Part shown: in pieces, positions 10,101 to 18,517 of the stretch
Numbering within the stretch: the first letter of the stretch is position 1
How the letters are laid out: each line of letters begins with the position of its first letter
Virus record (IMG/VR): IMGVR_UViG_3300007513_002396
Location: 55,179 to 75,178 of that record
Reading direction: 5' to 3' (one strand)
DNA length: 20,000 nt
Source of the DNA: an uncultured virus (IMG/VR IMGVR_UViG_3300007513_002396)
Lineage: Duplodnaviria > Heunggongvirae > Uroviricota > Caudoviricetes
The notes under the pieces: generated by a model
The model's database searches: none
What the model was told of the DNA's origin: nothing
The model's input: only the letters and a program-made list of their open reading frames with translations
Position numbers and translations under genes: made by a program

Positions 10101-13100
10101 TACCCACATCATGGCCAGACCTCTGCTGAAATGGGGGACCAGCCCCCAATGTGGGCAAACATTGTGGGATACGTCCAAGACGATACCGGATACCCCGGCC
10201 CCACAATCACGCTGCAGGGATTCGAGCCAACGTGGCCGAGTCCCCACCCTTGGGATACGCAGCCGGCTACGGGTTGGTTCTCTGAAAACACGTGGGAATC
10301 TCAGTTCGTTAATGCGGTGTATCCGTACCAGGCTCAATACCATCCCCTTGGTCTTGATGATTGTGTTGTAGGTATCCCCAATGGTCCCCAACAGTTTCCA
10401 GGAAAAGAATTTGTGGTAGATGCTACCGGCAATGCCAACTATGGCGTCCCCAGCGCCGAACACAAATGGTCTCGGGCATTTAACGGCCAGTGGCACTCGG
10501 GCAGCCGCGAAACAGGTGGGGGTTCTTTTATATCAAACCCTGTTATGTTCGTTTCAGAATCAGCTGTTCTGGCACGAGCCAATATTGATGAGGACCATGG
10601 CGCATATGATTTCGCGTTGTATGGAGGATTTAATACTCCGGGGAAGATTACCAGAAAGACTTTACTTGATGCCGGCTTAAGACGAGATTTAACGATCCAA
10701 TTAGAAGAGGGTAATCGCTTCGTAAGACTCCTCACAGCAGACCCCCACCCGGGAATGCTCGGGTGGTGTGATCTTCCTCCGTGGACTTATAGTTTGGATG
10801 GTAATATCTCATTCACGACTGTCAATTGGGAAAAGCTCCAGCCAACGTCAGCATACATCGTCGCGACCGCAAGTAGAGCAGCCTATCAATCCGGACACAA
10901 TCTTCCACTTTCTCCAGATATAGCTGTCCTAAATTCTGGTACCTTCACAATTGTGTCAGACATTAAGAACAACACAAAGGGCGGCGCTATTTCAGGTCTA
11001 ACATATCGTAGCGCGTTCCCACAGCACGGCCATAAGCTGGTTTCTGGCTATGACTATATTCCCCCCGTCAACTGGCACTTCGACGGCTCAGGAGGTACCA
11101 CCGACGGTTGGGATAAAGCATTTTCTCAAGTTCAAACACCATTACCAGTTATTCCTCCAAATATTCTGTGCAGCGTAAAATCCCTCACATACCCTCGAGA
11201 AGGAGGATGGACAGCTGGACTCGAAGAGCTTAGTCCTGTGAATCCCACAATGCGAAGTCTTGGAATGTCTTCAGGCAGGTCTTATATTCGTGGAGTAGTT
11301 GGGACGATCGAGACGACACAAAAAGGATGGTACGCTGCTCCAGCTAGAGATCTCACGCCTCCGACCTACTTTGACGCTGGTACCGGCCCCTATGGATGGT
11401 CCGGACCTGTTGGTGCTGCCCACTTTACGCAACAGCACGATTTTAAAACAGCGTTTGGGGCGAACAATCAAAATTGCTTTCTCGGACAATTACTTCCTTA
11501 TGCATTAGGTTATGATACCAGAAACTGGGTTACGTGTTTTCCAAACCTTGGAGAGAACTCCGTCTTCATCGGCAACAATGAGGCAGGAGTACAAAATGCT
11601 CCAACATTTTCTGCGAATCATCCACCATTTTGTCTGGGGATAATGCAGCAACTGTCATCTTCATACTCAAGGGAGTACGTCTATAACTCTCCATATCTCC
11701 TGTTTCCCAGCGATGATCTGGTTTTTGGTTTTCAACCTGCCATTGGGGGCGGAAACGAAGGCGCTCCAAGAGCAATCAACACGCCTTCAGGTCCGTTTAG
11801 TCTGTCAGATGGAGACGGTTATCAGGGGGTACAGTCAAACAATTATAGAGATGGTACTTGTAACGTCCACGAACCTGTTGTTATCAACAACAACTCTTCT
11901 TTCGGTGATCCATTCCCCGTGCTCGTAGACCCAAAAGGGACGGGCGGCCCTCCAAGACGTGCAGATTTGGGCGACCTGTGTGGAAACAAAGGTTATCAGT
12001 GCTCAGGCGGCGTAAACTCGTATAAAGACCTCTCAATGGCCTATCTTGCTGGAAATAATAGAAGCTCACTTTCTGAACAGTTACGCCAGACTATCTTGAA
12101 GGGTGGTGACGCAAAGCTTATACTCTACGGAACACTGCTAAGAAATCAAAGACCGCTTCCCGCTGAGTTGAATCAGCAGCTTGTAACAAATGCTGTCCAT
12201 GAAGCTTTACATTATGATAACCCCGTGCTTGATCAATTTCAGGTACAACAAGAATCAGAATATAAATCCTCTTATTTGACACAATATATTACAGGAAGCC
12301 TACAAAGAAGGCCACATCAGCGAGGTGTTGTAGGAACGTCTTGGGACGGTACCCTTAGCTATAATGCATCATTTAACAGGTTCGTTACACTTACTGATGA
12401 AAGTGAAGTATATTGGGATTCATTATTACCTGATCCATTCGGAATATGGGATAAGGACGGTGTAGTATTGTCTGACATGGTGGTGGATGATGAAGGCCAA
12501 GGCCTCGCCGAGGATGTCAATAAGCTGGGCGGCATTTACATTTTCGCACTGGGCTCTTATTACAGCAGCCCGAACTGGAACCCCGCTGCCGAGGCCATCA
12601 ATTTTGTGTGGAACAGGGCTTTTCCGTTTGAGGCAAGATATTCGGAAGTCTTACGCTCATTGGTAGATCCAGCCGCGGAATTTGGGATTGCTAGACGAGC
12701 ATACGCCCTTGGTGGATACCCTACATTCACACCAAAACGCGTCGCTTGGCCACTAAATCGTGATAATGGTCGTCCCGGTGTAGTGGTTGGTAACTCGCAT
12801 CAAACAACATGGGCTATGAATGGTGAAATACACCCGCTTGGTATAGGTAATGTTGATGCCCCATGGGTCACAAAGCAAGCTAGAACAACCCCCTCCATTG
12901 GAAACGCTGCATATCTCTTTGGGTTTTGTAGAACTCAAGGGTTGTATGGCGATCCAGACTCACAGTATAGTGGGACGTCCCCTTATAGCGATACTACCCC
13001 ACCGCAATATGGCGGTATGTATTATATCGAGGACGGAGTGACTTATTTACCACTCACTGATATCGAGCCCCGACCCGGGCGATGGGACCATCCAGAAGGT

Positions 13101-13472
13101 GTAAAGTACGGATTGAAGAATTATGTGTGGCAATCGACAGCGGGAGTTTTCCGGTCGGATCGCTACGGACAATTACGAGACATGCTAGAACAAAGAAGGT
13201 ACACCAAGGTTTTCCATCGAGGCGATGATGATATCGACCGCGGTGAAAAAGACGCCGCAGTCTCTTGTATCTTTGTCGATAGCGATGGAAATCCAGTCGA
13301 TGATCCAACGACAACGCAATGCTTGAACATCAGTACATTTATGACTTCTTCTATTCCTTATTTTGAGGGCATCTCTCAGAGAGTAATTCCGCCATCTCAA
13401 TTTATATCGATAAGCATTAATGATGCCTCGGCGGTAAGCTTAAGAACAACGCCTACGAGATCAAGCCGATAA
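7146..13472 (+). CDS. Giant hypothetical protein, probably virion structural, 2108 aa, with a possible degenerate N-terminal LamG-like domain
   Basis: Uninterrupted 6.3-kb ORF starting 2 nt after the previous stop; GGAG at 7132-7135. The N-terminal ~7242-8110 has AYYRFNE / YTFVTRV / KWYTAFISV / IFVG / KIFELAIL in LamG order. No catalytic motif was recognised, so the function is inferred from context only. Confidence 0.7.
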   Translation: MFNTKNQWIWPDLSRYVSSIGSHGKRWELKPICKAYYRFNEWSASGEPGFKDRAGAQEPLMIVTGSGTAGTTSTTYPPILPYNKEMLPLDFDKSLAGSLPKFTPTSLELVPNSETRVARPLVMKCFDFGTRDRRFLLSNTLKNIDTTFLQEEYTFVTRVCVTSPAGDPELIFSLSEFNLTLLSLSCTSASATQYTLGAKVFDTVGTTESVSGNLYYDKWYTAFISVRGPTASTAGQVKLSVWEMTDGTRTAVPTVTAITAGKTLLSLTSPRIFVGYGDPTSAPNPSFPPGESNNWGHHSKIFELAILGNWTSSELNQAIASGWSDETLTGHPRLFTNWTSGFDSEKARKALRLMDDARAAYPSIVRTGDGTRLGNQPVSPFNDDNTLIFTASSHLRFPEMLPEDLFADSGAGGSLERYSRKNLTHTSPTDLGADPWIIASGSVRPGIMSREAFIFNRNDGIYGQQLQHRNRLASAMPPFDDSARDTAVEIIHLPATPLSTTLGFDQPLGSRIAIVIDLNPTQDLALGHVSRDLILTGSEGVGGGLENRTCVPDFSNVGKAIDSIAYFNFAKSRWDLKGSIIDDSILPMPSSLDNYKSPFIVSSSLAFGATTGFVVNPDAEDPVLPLMARGRPTDTFGFPFDEKWSPQREQKLNLAKYISAPFLLEKMVIKHDIEFYEAGDEGLGYMIREKKSPSDGSFLAHSSSRAGDTVPNYARVDVTVQPPQGSLWTTATASWQDLFYAGTSRSDKLTYGRFPLMGGMRGSGGVAAGIRGGLLMPSDDSKYKVVPNVLLPLEENGAPWRRFPADKSLYINADIEEIELTAGQTPGGAAFWRADTFFLLRDTVGRVNRVTERTPPDAFLTGASRGRWWPRGVFDNAQTTEGWPYSIPQRYTVNSVSSGSIRELITYAQIAHCGYVRTDMNSQALKSGSTWQETHPLRAGAMHYPRQNRTGTPFTIAGQERWEQPLDNAAWSGAAEAWRNYDSRGYPHHGQTSAEMGDQPPMWANIVGYVQDDTGYPGPTITLQGFEPTWPSPHPWDTQPATGWFSENTWESQFVNAVYPYQAQYHPLGLDDCVVGIPNGPQQFPGKEFVVDATGNANYGVPSAEHKWSRAFNGQWHSGSRETGGGSFISNPVMFVSESAVLARANIDEDHGAYDFALYGGFNTPGKITRKTLLDAGLRRDLTIQLEEGNRFVRLLTADPHPGMLGWCDLPPWTYSLDGNISFTTVNWEKLQPTSAYIVATASRAAYQSGHNLPLSPDIAVLNSGTFTIVSDIKNNTKGGAISGLTYRSAFPQHGHKLVSGYDYIPPVNWHFDGSGGTTDGWDKAFSQVQTPLPVIPPNILCSVKSLTYPREGGWTAGLEELSPVNPTMRSLGMSSGRSYIRGVVGTIETTQKGWYAAPARDLTPPTYFDAGTGPYGWSGPVGAAHFTQQHDFKTAFGANNQNCFLGQLLPYALGYDTRNWVTCFPNLGENSVFIGNNEAGVQNAPTFSANHPPFCLGIMQQLSSSYSREYVYNSPYLLFPSDDLVFGFQPAIGGGNEGAPRAINTPSGPFSLSDGDGYQGVQSNNYRDGTCNVHEPVVINNNSSFGDPFPVLVDPKGTGGPPRRADLGDLCGNKGYQCSGGVNSYKDLSMAYLAGNNRSSLSEQLRQTILKGGDAKLILYGTLLRNQRPLPAELNQQLVTNAVHEALHYDNPVLDQFQVQQESEYKSSYLTQYITGSLQRRPHQRGVVGTSWDGTLSYNASFNRFVTLTDESEVYWDSLLPDPFGIWDKDGVVLSDMVVDDEGQGLAEDVNKLGGIYIFALGSYYSSPNWNPAAEAINFVWNRAFPFEARYSEVLRSLVDPAAEFGIARRAYALGGYPTFTPKRVAWPLNRDNGRPGVVVGNSHQTTWAMNGEIHPLGIGNVDAPWVTKQARTTPSIGNAAYLFGFCRTQGLYGDPDSQYSGTSPYSDTTPPQYGGMYYIEDGVTYLPLTDIEPRPGRWDHPEGVKYGLKNYVWQSTAGVFRSDRYGQLRDMLEQRRYTKVFHRGDDDIDRGEKDAAVSCIFVDSDGNPVDDPTTTQCLNISTFMTSSIPYFEGISQRVIPPSQFISISINDASAVSLRTTPTRSSR

Positions 13473-13535
13473 TTTTTTAGTCACCCTCGGCCCACCGTTT
13501 CCATCTTACGCGAGAGATGAATAGTTAAGAAGGCC

Positions 13536-13541
13536 AGGAGG
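13536..13541 (+). promoter_or_regulatory. Shine-Dalgarno ribosome binding site (AGGAGG) for the TTG-initiated fibre gene
   Basis: Perfect AGGAGG 8 nt upstream of TTG at 13550. An in-frame TAA at 13547-13549 rules out an earlier start. Confidence 0.8.
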
Positions 13542-13549
13542 AATCTTAA

Positions 13550-16500
13550 TTGCCGCGCGAGTCAAAGAGCGATCTAAGAAAATCTGATTTTTTGATTATT
13601 AGATCAAAAACAGACGGTTCTATTGTGAAAATCGTGTCACCCCAGCATTTCCAGGTGGGGTTTGATGATGCTGATTTTGAGCGTGTTGTTTTGGTCAATG
13701 GCACGGTCAAATCAACAATGGGTGTTTATTCCCCGGCATTCTCTGGGTCGTTACAAACGTTGATGGATGGTACATCTTATCTACGTGAGGGTAACAACGT
13801 ATCAATCACCTCTGGCTCTGATGGATCAATTACGATAGCCGCAGGCACGGCTGGCATTGCACACTCTTTAACAGGTGGCGGCGCATCAAAGGGAATAAAA
13901 GCTTTTGATTACGATGGCACTTCGGCTAAAGAGGTTGAAGTTGATTTAGATACTATCAATGGTGGCCTTGGCTTTTCTAAGTGGGGTCTGGCTGTGATAC
14001 CCTCTAAGGCCAACTCTATTCTTGATTCCGAAGATCTTTCTCAATCAGATCTATTGGTTATTGAAGATGTCACCGACGCCGATGAGGGTGTTAAGAAAAT
14101 TACGGTGGGTGACTTAATGTCTGCCGCCACTACAGGGGTGCTTAGTAACGCTATAACGTTTGGTAACGGAATATACGATTCTGCGAACGCGGCAGCTTCG
14201 TACAACAATAGCGCTGCAGCAACGATAGCAGTTGATCTTCAGACAGACCCAGGTTTATCATTTAGCCAACAAAAATTAGGGGTGCTATTAAATGGAGCCA
14301 CGATAAGCAACGGTGCGTCAGGCTTGAGCGTTGCGAGTGTCCCCAGCGCAGTGACTTGGGGTGTAGGACTTTTATCCACCGTAGGCAATTCATTTGATGG
14401 TTCTGCCGCCACAACAGTATCAATTGATACAGGAATAATACCTGCCCTCGGAACGCCAAACACATTTACGGGTGTCAATACATTCTCTTCTCTAGCTGGT
14501 GGCGGAATTATTGGCTCGATACAAGAGGTATCACCCGGTACTGACTATCTGGTTGGTGGTAGTAATGTTACAATTACAAAAGACCTTCCCGGAGCCGGCC
14601 AGATAACGATAGCTGCTTCCATGGGAACGGGCGGCGATCTGACTCAAGGTTCTGGAATCCAGACCTTTCTCTATAATGGAACAGCCCCTGCAACAGTGGC
14701 CTTAGATGCTACATCCCTAGCAGTGTCAGGTGATAGAACGTCATATGTTTTTCTTTCTGATGGAGGAACCACAATAACTAAGCGCACTGTGGCAACCCTA
14801 GTGGATCTAGCAGATAGAACTGCTCTAGTTGCTTCAAAGGTAGGTGGGGGAATAACTGTTGAGTTCCCCGGGTCAACTGTTCCAGCACAATTTTCTATTG
14901 ATAGTGATGGAACAACACTCCAGGTTGGCAGCAGTGGATTAGAAGTTAAAAAGGTTCCGTATAACTTAACTCAAACAACTGGGATCGCGACATTTTCATT
15001 TAATGGATCGTCTGCGCAGACTGTGGGTATCGACACCGGTGTGGTACCCCGGAAGGGTGTCGATAATACCTGGACGGGTCAAAATACATTCGGTGTATCC
15101 ACCACCGCTGGTTTGACGGGTTCTCTCCAAGAAGTGACCGCCGGCGTGCCCTATCTCGCAACCGGCACAGGCATGAGTATTACTACATCATCAAATGGCC
15201 AGGTTGTTATTTCTACAAACGGAGAAGAAGTAACAGGTATAACGGCTGGTGATGGATTGTCTGGGACCCGTACAGGAGGTGATGTAACGTTAGCTGTTGA
15301 TTTAGCGCCCCACCCGGGTCTTGAATTTAGCACTGGAAAGCTAAAGGTAGATCTCGACGGTAACACACTTTCATTAGGGATCTCTGGGATATCTGTCGCA
15401 AGTCTTCCCTCGGCATTATCACAAGATGTAGGTATTAATACATTTTCGTTTGACGGCTCAACAGCTAGAACGGTTGGTATCGACACTGCAATCGTTCCAC
15501 GAAAAAATGTTGACAATACATGGTCAGGAAAAAATACATTCGGCGTATCCGCTACAGCTGGATTAACAGGCTCTCTACAGGAGGTGACTAATGGAGTGCC
15601 CTATCTATTGGCATCCACAGGGGTCACCATAACCACCGCATCGAACGGCCAAATTACCATCTCTGCTACAGGCACAGGAGGAACAATCACTGGCTTGACC
15701 GCAGGTGACGGATTGTCAGGCGGTGGTAGCTCTGGGAACGTAACAGTGGATATTGATCTTGCTACGGACCCCGGACTTCAATTCACAACTGGGAAACTAG
15801 ATGCGAAGCTTAACCCTAATGATACGATAAGAAAAGATGCCGATGGTCTTGCAGTCAATAAAGTACCGTATGATTTGACCCAAGGCGCAGGAATCAGCTC
15901 GTTTGGATTCGATGGTAGCTCTGGTGGACAAGTTGTTTCAATCGATCAAACCCAAGTTCCAATGCTTGCAAACGACAATACGTGGACAGGCGATAATATA
16001 TTCTCGGTTGGTTTATCCGGTTCGTTACAAATGCTAAGCGATGGCAATACGAAGTACATGGCAGGAATCGGTGGTATTAAGATTTCTACGTCATCATTAG
16101 GACAAATTTTAGTATCGGGTAGCGAGGGTAAGATTTATACCGCCGGCCTCGGCTTAGATCTCGCTACAGATCAATTTTCGGTTGATAATGCCATTGTCGC
16201 TACCTTGACAGGGTCGCAATTTAGCGGTGACGTTGGGATTACCGGTTCTTTGGGCGTCGAGGCAAATGCAATTTTCAAGACAGGGTTGTCTGGTTCTCTT
16301 CAAATGTTGTCGGATGGTACGACGGAGTATCTAGCTGGAATCGGCGGAATAGCTATTACAACTGCCTCAAATGGTCAAATAACGATTAGCGGTAGTGTGG
16401 GGCGTGTGTATACGTCAGGGGTCGGCCTAAGCTTGGAGGAAGATCAGTTCTTTGTAGATAATTCTATTGTAGCAACATTAACTGGGTCTGTTTTTAGTGG

Positions 16501-18514
16501 AGACCTCATCGCACAAACAGGATTGTCTGGTTCTCTTCAAATGTTGTCAGATGGAACGACGAAATATCTCGCGGCTGGTTCTGGAATAACAATCTTGACG
16601 GCGTCAAATGGTCAAGTAACAATAGCTACCACTGGTGTGTCGGGCTTGAGCAGCGTTTCTCAAGCTGGGGGCTCTTCATTTTCTGATATTACAGCTGTGG
16701 TCTTCACAGGAAGTCTTGTGACTGAGCCCACCTCGGGTACTGCACAGATAACACCCGTGATTGGTGCCCCAGAGGATGGAGATTATACCGATGGCCTCTT
16801 TACTGATTTTTCTTATGGAACTAACATTGGTACTGCGATCGATAGGTTCAACGAGGTCCTGAAGGGACTGGCTCCACCCGCTGCACCAATACTGGATGAT
16901 ATGAACTGTTCGGACTCTGGGGCTACTGCAAATCTGTCTTTCGGCTCGTCACAATCTATATCTGGGTATACAAATGCTCAACCTTCTACTCTAACCCCGA
17001 GTAGTGGACTATCAGACACCAATATAAATGGCACCTATAATTCTGACACCGCCAGCAATGATCTTCAAGTTGCGTGCTTTCAATCGACCATTATAAATGG
17101 TACACTAAATGCTGACATTCCCGCTGACGGAGTTAATTACAGCGCTGATTCATTCGGGAATGCTGATCAGGGAACATTAAAGCTATATGTGAATGATAAT
17201 GTAACCCCTGTCCATTCTGTCGATTTAAGTACATTCGGCTCTGGTAATTCGTTAAATGGGAATGGAACAGGATTTAATCTAACTGCAAAAACAGCTGGTC
17301 ACTTTGCTGATGGAAGTAATTTTGAAACATTCCAGCACAGACAAGGAACCTACACCATCGCTGCCGGTGTTGAGATATCAGATGACCAGCGGAACGGGTG
17401 GAATTGGGCAAGAGTAGTACATACAATATCCGATGTGGATACAACGTGCAATTATGTCGAGTGGGTGAACGACACCACTGATAATGTAACGTATCCACTT
17501 TCATCAACTGGAGCGTCTTTTGGAGCACTATCGATGACAGGGACTGAATATTTGTCAGGTGTGAAGTACTACACAGGTGGGTCTGCGACATATAGCGTAA
17601 CGGTGGATAACGCTTATAGGAACGTATACTCAAATAGCTTTATAACATTTAACGGCACAAATTGTGGAAATGAGACGCAGGCCTTTGACCCAATAGATTG
17701 GTCAGGTGGTGAAAATGAGTCAAAACAAATGAGTCTAAGTCAATTGATGACGATTAATGTAAGCAGTATCTTAGATGGACCAATATCCACTAGCGTTACC
17801 GTACCCCATCCGCTAAGGGCAAATCTTTCAAGCGCGTCTTCTCAATCTCACAATAACATTCTTTTGTACAACCGAAGTGATAATTCAACTGATACATACG
17901 AGTCATTTCGCGGAGAAAGTAGAAGAGTGAAGTCTGGTAGCTATGTTGATCAAGCAGCCGTAACAGCAGGCGGAAACGTATGGGTATCTACAACAGCGTT
18001 GACCACGGTTGACGGATTGATGTTCTATGACCAGAAGCTTGTTGGTCCAGATGAAGGTGCAAACGGATCCGATTTTAGCAGTGTTGCAAATGGACCCGCC
18101 GGGAATGTAGATTATAGTGGGATAACCTCTGGGCTAAGAACATTTTATAGATGGTTTCGAAACCCAACTGCTGGAAGTGATAGGACGGGTTTTGATTTAG
18201 AGATTAATGGAGCCGGAACAATCGTGACACAACCCACTGCGTTAACTGGAAACAGAATTCATGTGCTATGTAAGCTTCCCACCGGCTCCGCGGGTGAAAC
18301 TGGATGGATGGATCTTGCGATTGGATTTTCTACAGGGCAAACGTCGGACGGCGACGGATGCTATTCGGGGGCGTTCGACTCTAGTTTATCTGCAACTAAC
18401 ACTGCAACTTTCGGCACACAAACAGTTGCAGCTGGTGAATATGTAATGGTAAAGGTCGAGGCCGATGCATCATGGACAGGAAATATATCATCGATGACGG
18501 TAGCGTGGAGCTAG
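13550..18514 (+). CDS. Long tail-fibre-like protein, Gly/Ser/Thr-rich repeat shaft plus non-repetitive C-terminal region, 1654 aa
   Basis: TTG start with a strong SD. Seven copies of a 'GSLQ...G..YL..G....ITT.SNGQITI' module, 'ITG.TAGDGLSG....VT' fibre-type motifs, then a non-repetitive beta-rich C-terminal ~585 aa after 'IGAPEDGDYTDGLF...IGTAIDRFNEVLKGLAP'. Confidence 0.75.
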   Translation: MPRESKSDLRKSDFLIIRSKTDGSIVKIVSPQHFQVGFDDADFERVVLVNGTVKSTMGVYSPAFSGSLQTLMDGTSYLREGNNVSITSGSDGSITIAAGTAGIAHSLTGGGASKGIKAFDYDGTSAKEVEVDLDTINGGLGFSKWGLAVIPSKANSILDSEDLSQSDLLVIEDVTDADEGVKKITVGDLMSAATTGVLSNAITFGNGIYDSANAAASYNNSAAATIAVDLQTDPGLSFSQQKLGVLLNGATISNGASGLSVASVPSAVTWGVGLLSTVGNSFDGSAATTVSIDTGIIPALGTPNTFTGVNTFSSLAGGGIIGSIQEVSPGTDYLVGGSNVTITKDLPGAGQITIAASMGTGGDLTQGSGIQTFLYNGTAPATVALDATSLAVSGDRTSYVFLSDGGTTITKRTVATLVDLADRTALVASKVGGGITVEFPGSTVPAQFSIDSDGTTLQVGSSGLEVKKVPYNLTQTTGIATFSFNGSSAQTVGIDTGVVPRKGVDNTWTGQNTFGVSTTAGLTGSLQEVTAGVPYLATGTGMSITTSSNGQVVISTNGEEVTGITAGDGLSGTRTGGDVTLAVDLAPHPGLEFSTGKLKVDLDGNTLSLGISGISVASLPSALSQDVGINTFSFDGSTARTVGIDTAIVPRKNVDNTWSGKNTFGVSATAGLTGSLQEVTNGVPYLLASTGVTITTASNGQITISATGTGGTITGLTAGDGLSGGGSSGNVTVDIDLATDPGLQFTTGKLDAKLNPNDTIRKDADGLAVNKVPYDLTQGAGISSFGFDGSSGGQVVSIDQTQVPMLANDNTWTGDNIFSVGLSGSLQMLSDGNTKYMAGIGGIKISTSSLGQILVSGSEGKIYTAGLGLDLATDQFSVDNAIVATLTGSQFSGDVGITGSLGVEANAIFKTGLSGSLQMLSDGTTEYLAGIGGIAITTASNGQITISGSVGRVYTSGVGLSLEEDQFFVDNSIVATLTGSVFSGDLIAQTGLSGSLQMLSDGTTKYLAAGSGITILTASNGQVTIATTGVSGLSSVSQAGGSSFSDITAVVFTGSLVTEPTSGTAQITPVIGAPEDGDYTDGLFTDFSYGTNIGTAIDRFNEVLKGLAPPAAPILDDMNCSDSGATANLSFGSSQSISGYTNAQPSTLTPSSGLSDTNINGTYNSDTASNDLQVACFQSTIINGTLNADIPADGVNYSADSFGNADQGTLKLYVNDNVTPVHSVDLSTFGSGNSLNGNGTGFNLTAKTAGHFADGSNFETFQHRQGTYTIAAGVEISDDQRNGWNWARVVHTISDVDTTCNYVEWVNDTTDNVTYPLSSTGASFGALSMTGTEYLSGVKYYTGGSATYSVTVDNAYRNVYSNSFITFNGTNCGNETQAFDPIDWSGGENESKQMSLSQLMTINVSSILDGPISTSVTVPHPLRANLSSASSQSHNNILLYNRSDNSTDTYESFRGESRRVKSGSYVDQAAVTAGGNVWVSTTALTTVDGLMFYDQKLVGPDEGANGSDFSSVANGPAGNVDYSGITSGLRTFYRWFRNPTAGSDRTGFDLEINGAGTIVTQPTALTGNRIHVLCKLPTGSAGETGWMDLAIGFSTGQTSDGDGCYSGAFDSSLSATNTATFGTQTVAAGEYVMVKVEADASWTGNISSMTVAWS
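14940..16125 (+). repeat. Degenerate in-gene tandem repeat with a 450-bp (150-aa) period
   Basis: Equivalent L[TS]GSLQ codons start at 15113, 15563 and 16013, exactly 450 nt apart. Each is preceded by 'P..L[TS]Q..GI..F.F[ND]GS....V.ID...VP....DNTW[TS]G.N.F'. Confidence 0.85.
16280..16561 (+). repeat. Near-identical 45-bp direct repeat (16280-16324 and 16517-16561) inside a shorter 79-91-aa repeat
   Basis: Exact 26-mer TTGTCTGGTTCTCTTCAAATGTTGTC at 16286-16311 and 16523-16548; 42/45 identity overall, with all three mismatches at third codon positions (TGLSGSLQMLSDGTT). Confidence 0.9.
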
Positions 18515-18517
18515 ATA

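Noticed and set aside
7146..13472. Giant ORF as a tape measure protein or virion RNA polymerase
   Set aside because: It lacks the Ala/Leu/Lys-rich helical periodicity of tape measures, and no DxDGD-type or other polymerase motif in a credible context was seen.
13465..13491. GCCGA/TCGGC inverted repeat and T-run after the giant gene as an intrinsic terminator
   Set aside because: The stem is only 5 bp with a 17-nt loop, and the T-run lies inside the loop rather than after the stem.
16280..16561. Possible diversity-generating retroelement TR/VR pair (all three mismatches are A in the second copy)
   Set aside because: The mismatches are synonymous third positions, the match is only 45 bp, the flanks differ at non-A bases, both copies are in-frame protein repeats, and no reverse transcriptase is in the window.
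13739..16640. Periodic repeats as a CRISPR array or non-coding repeat array
   Set aside because: The repeats are degenerate at DNA level, conserved at protein level, spaced by multiples of three and inside an open frame.
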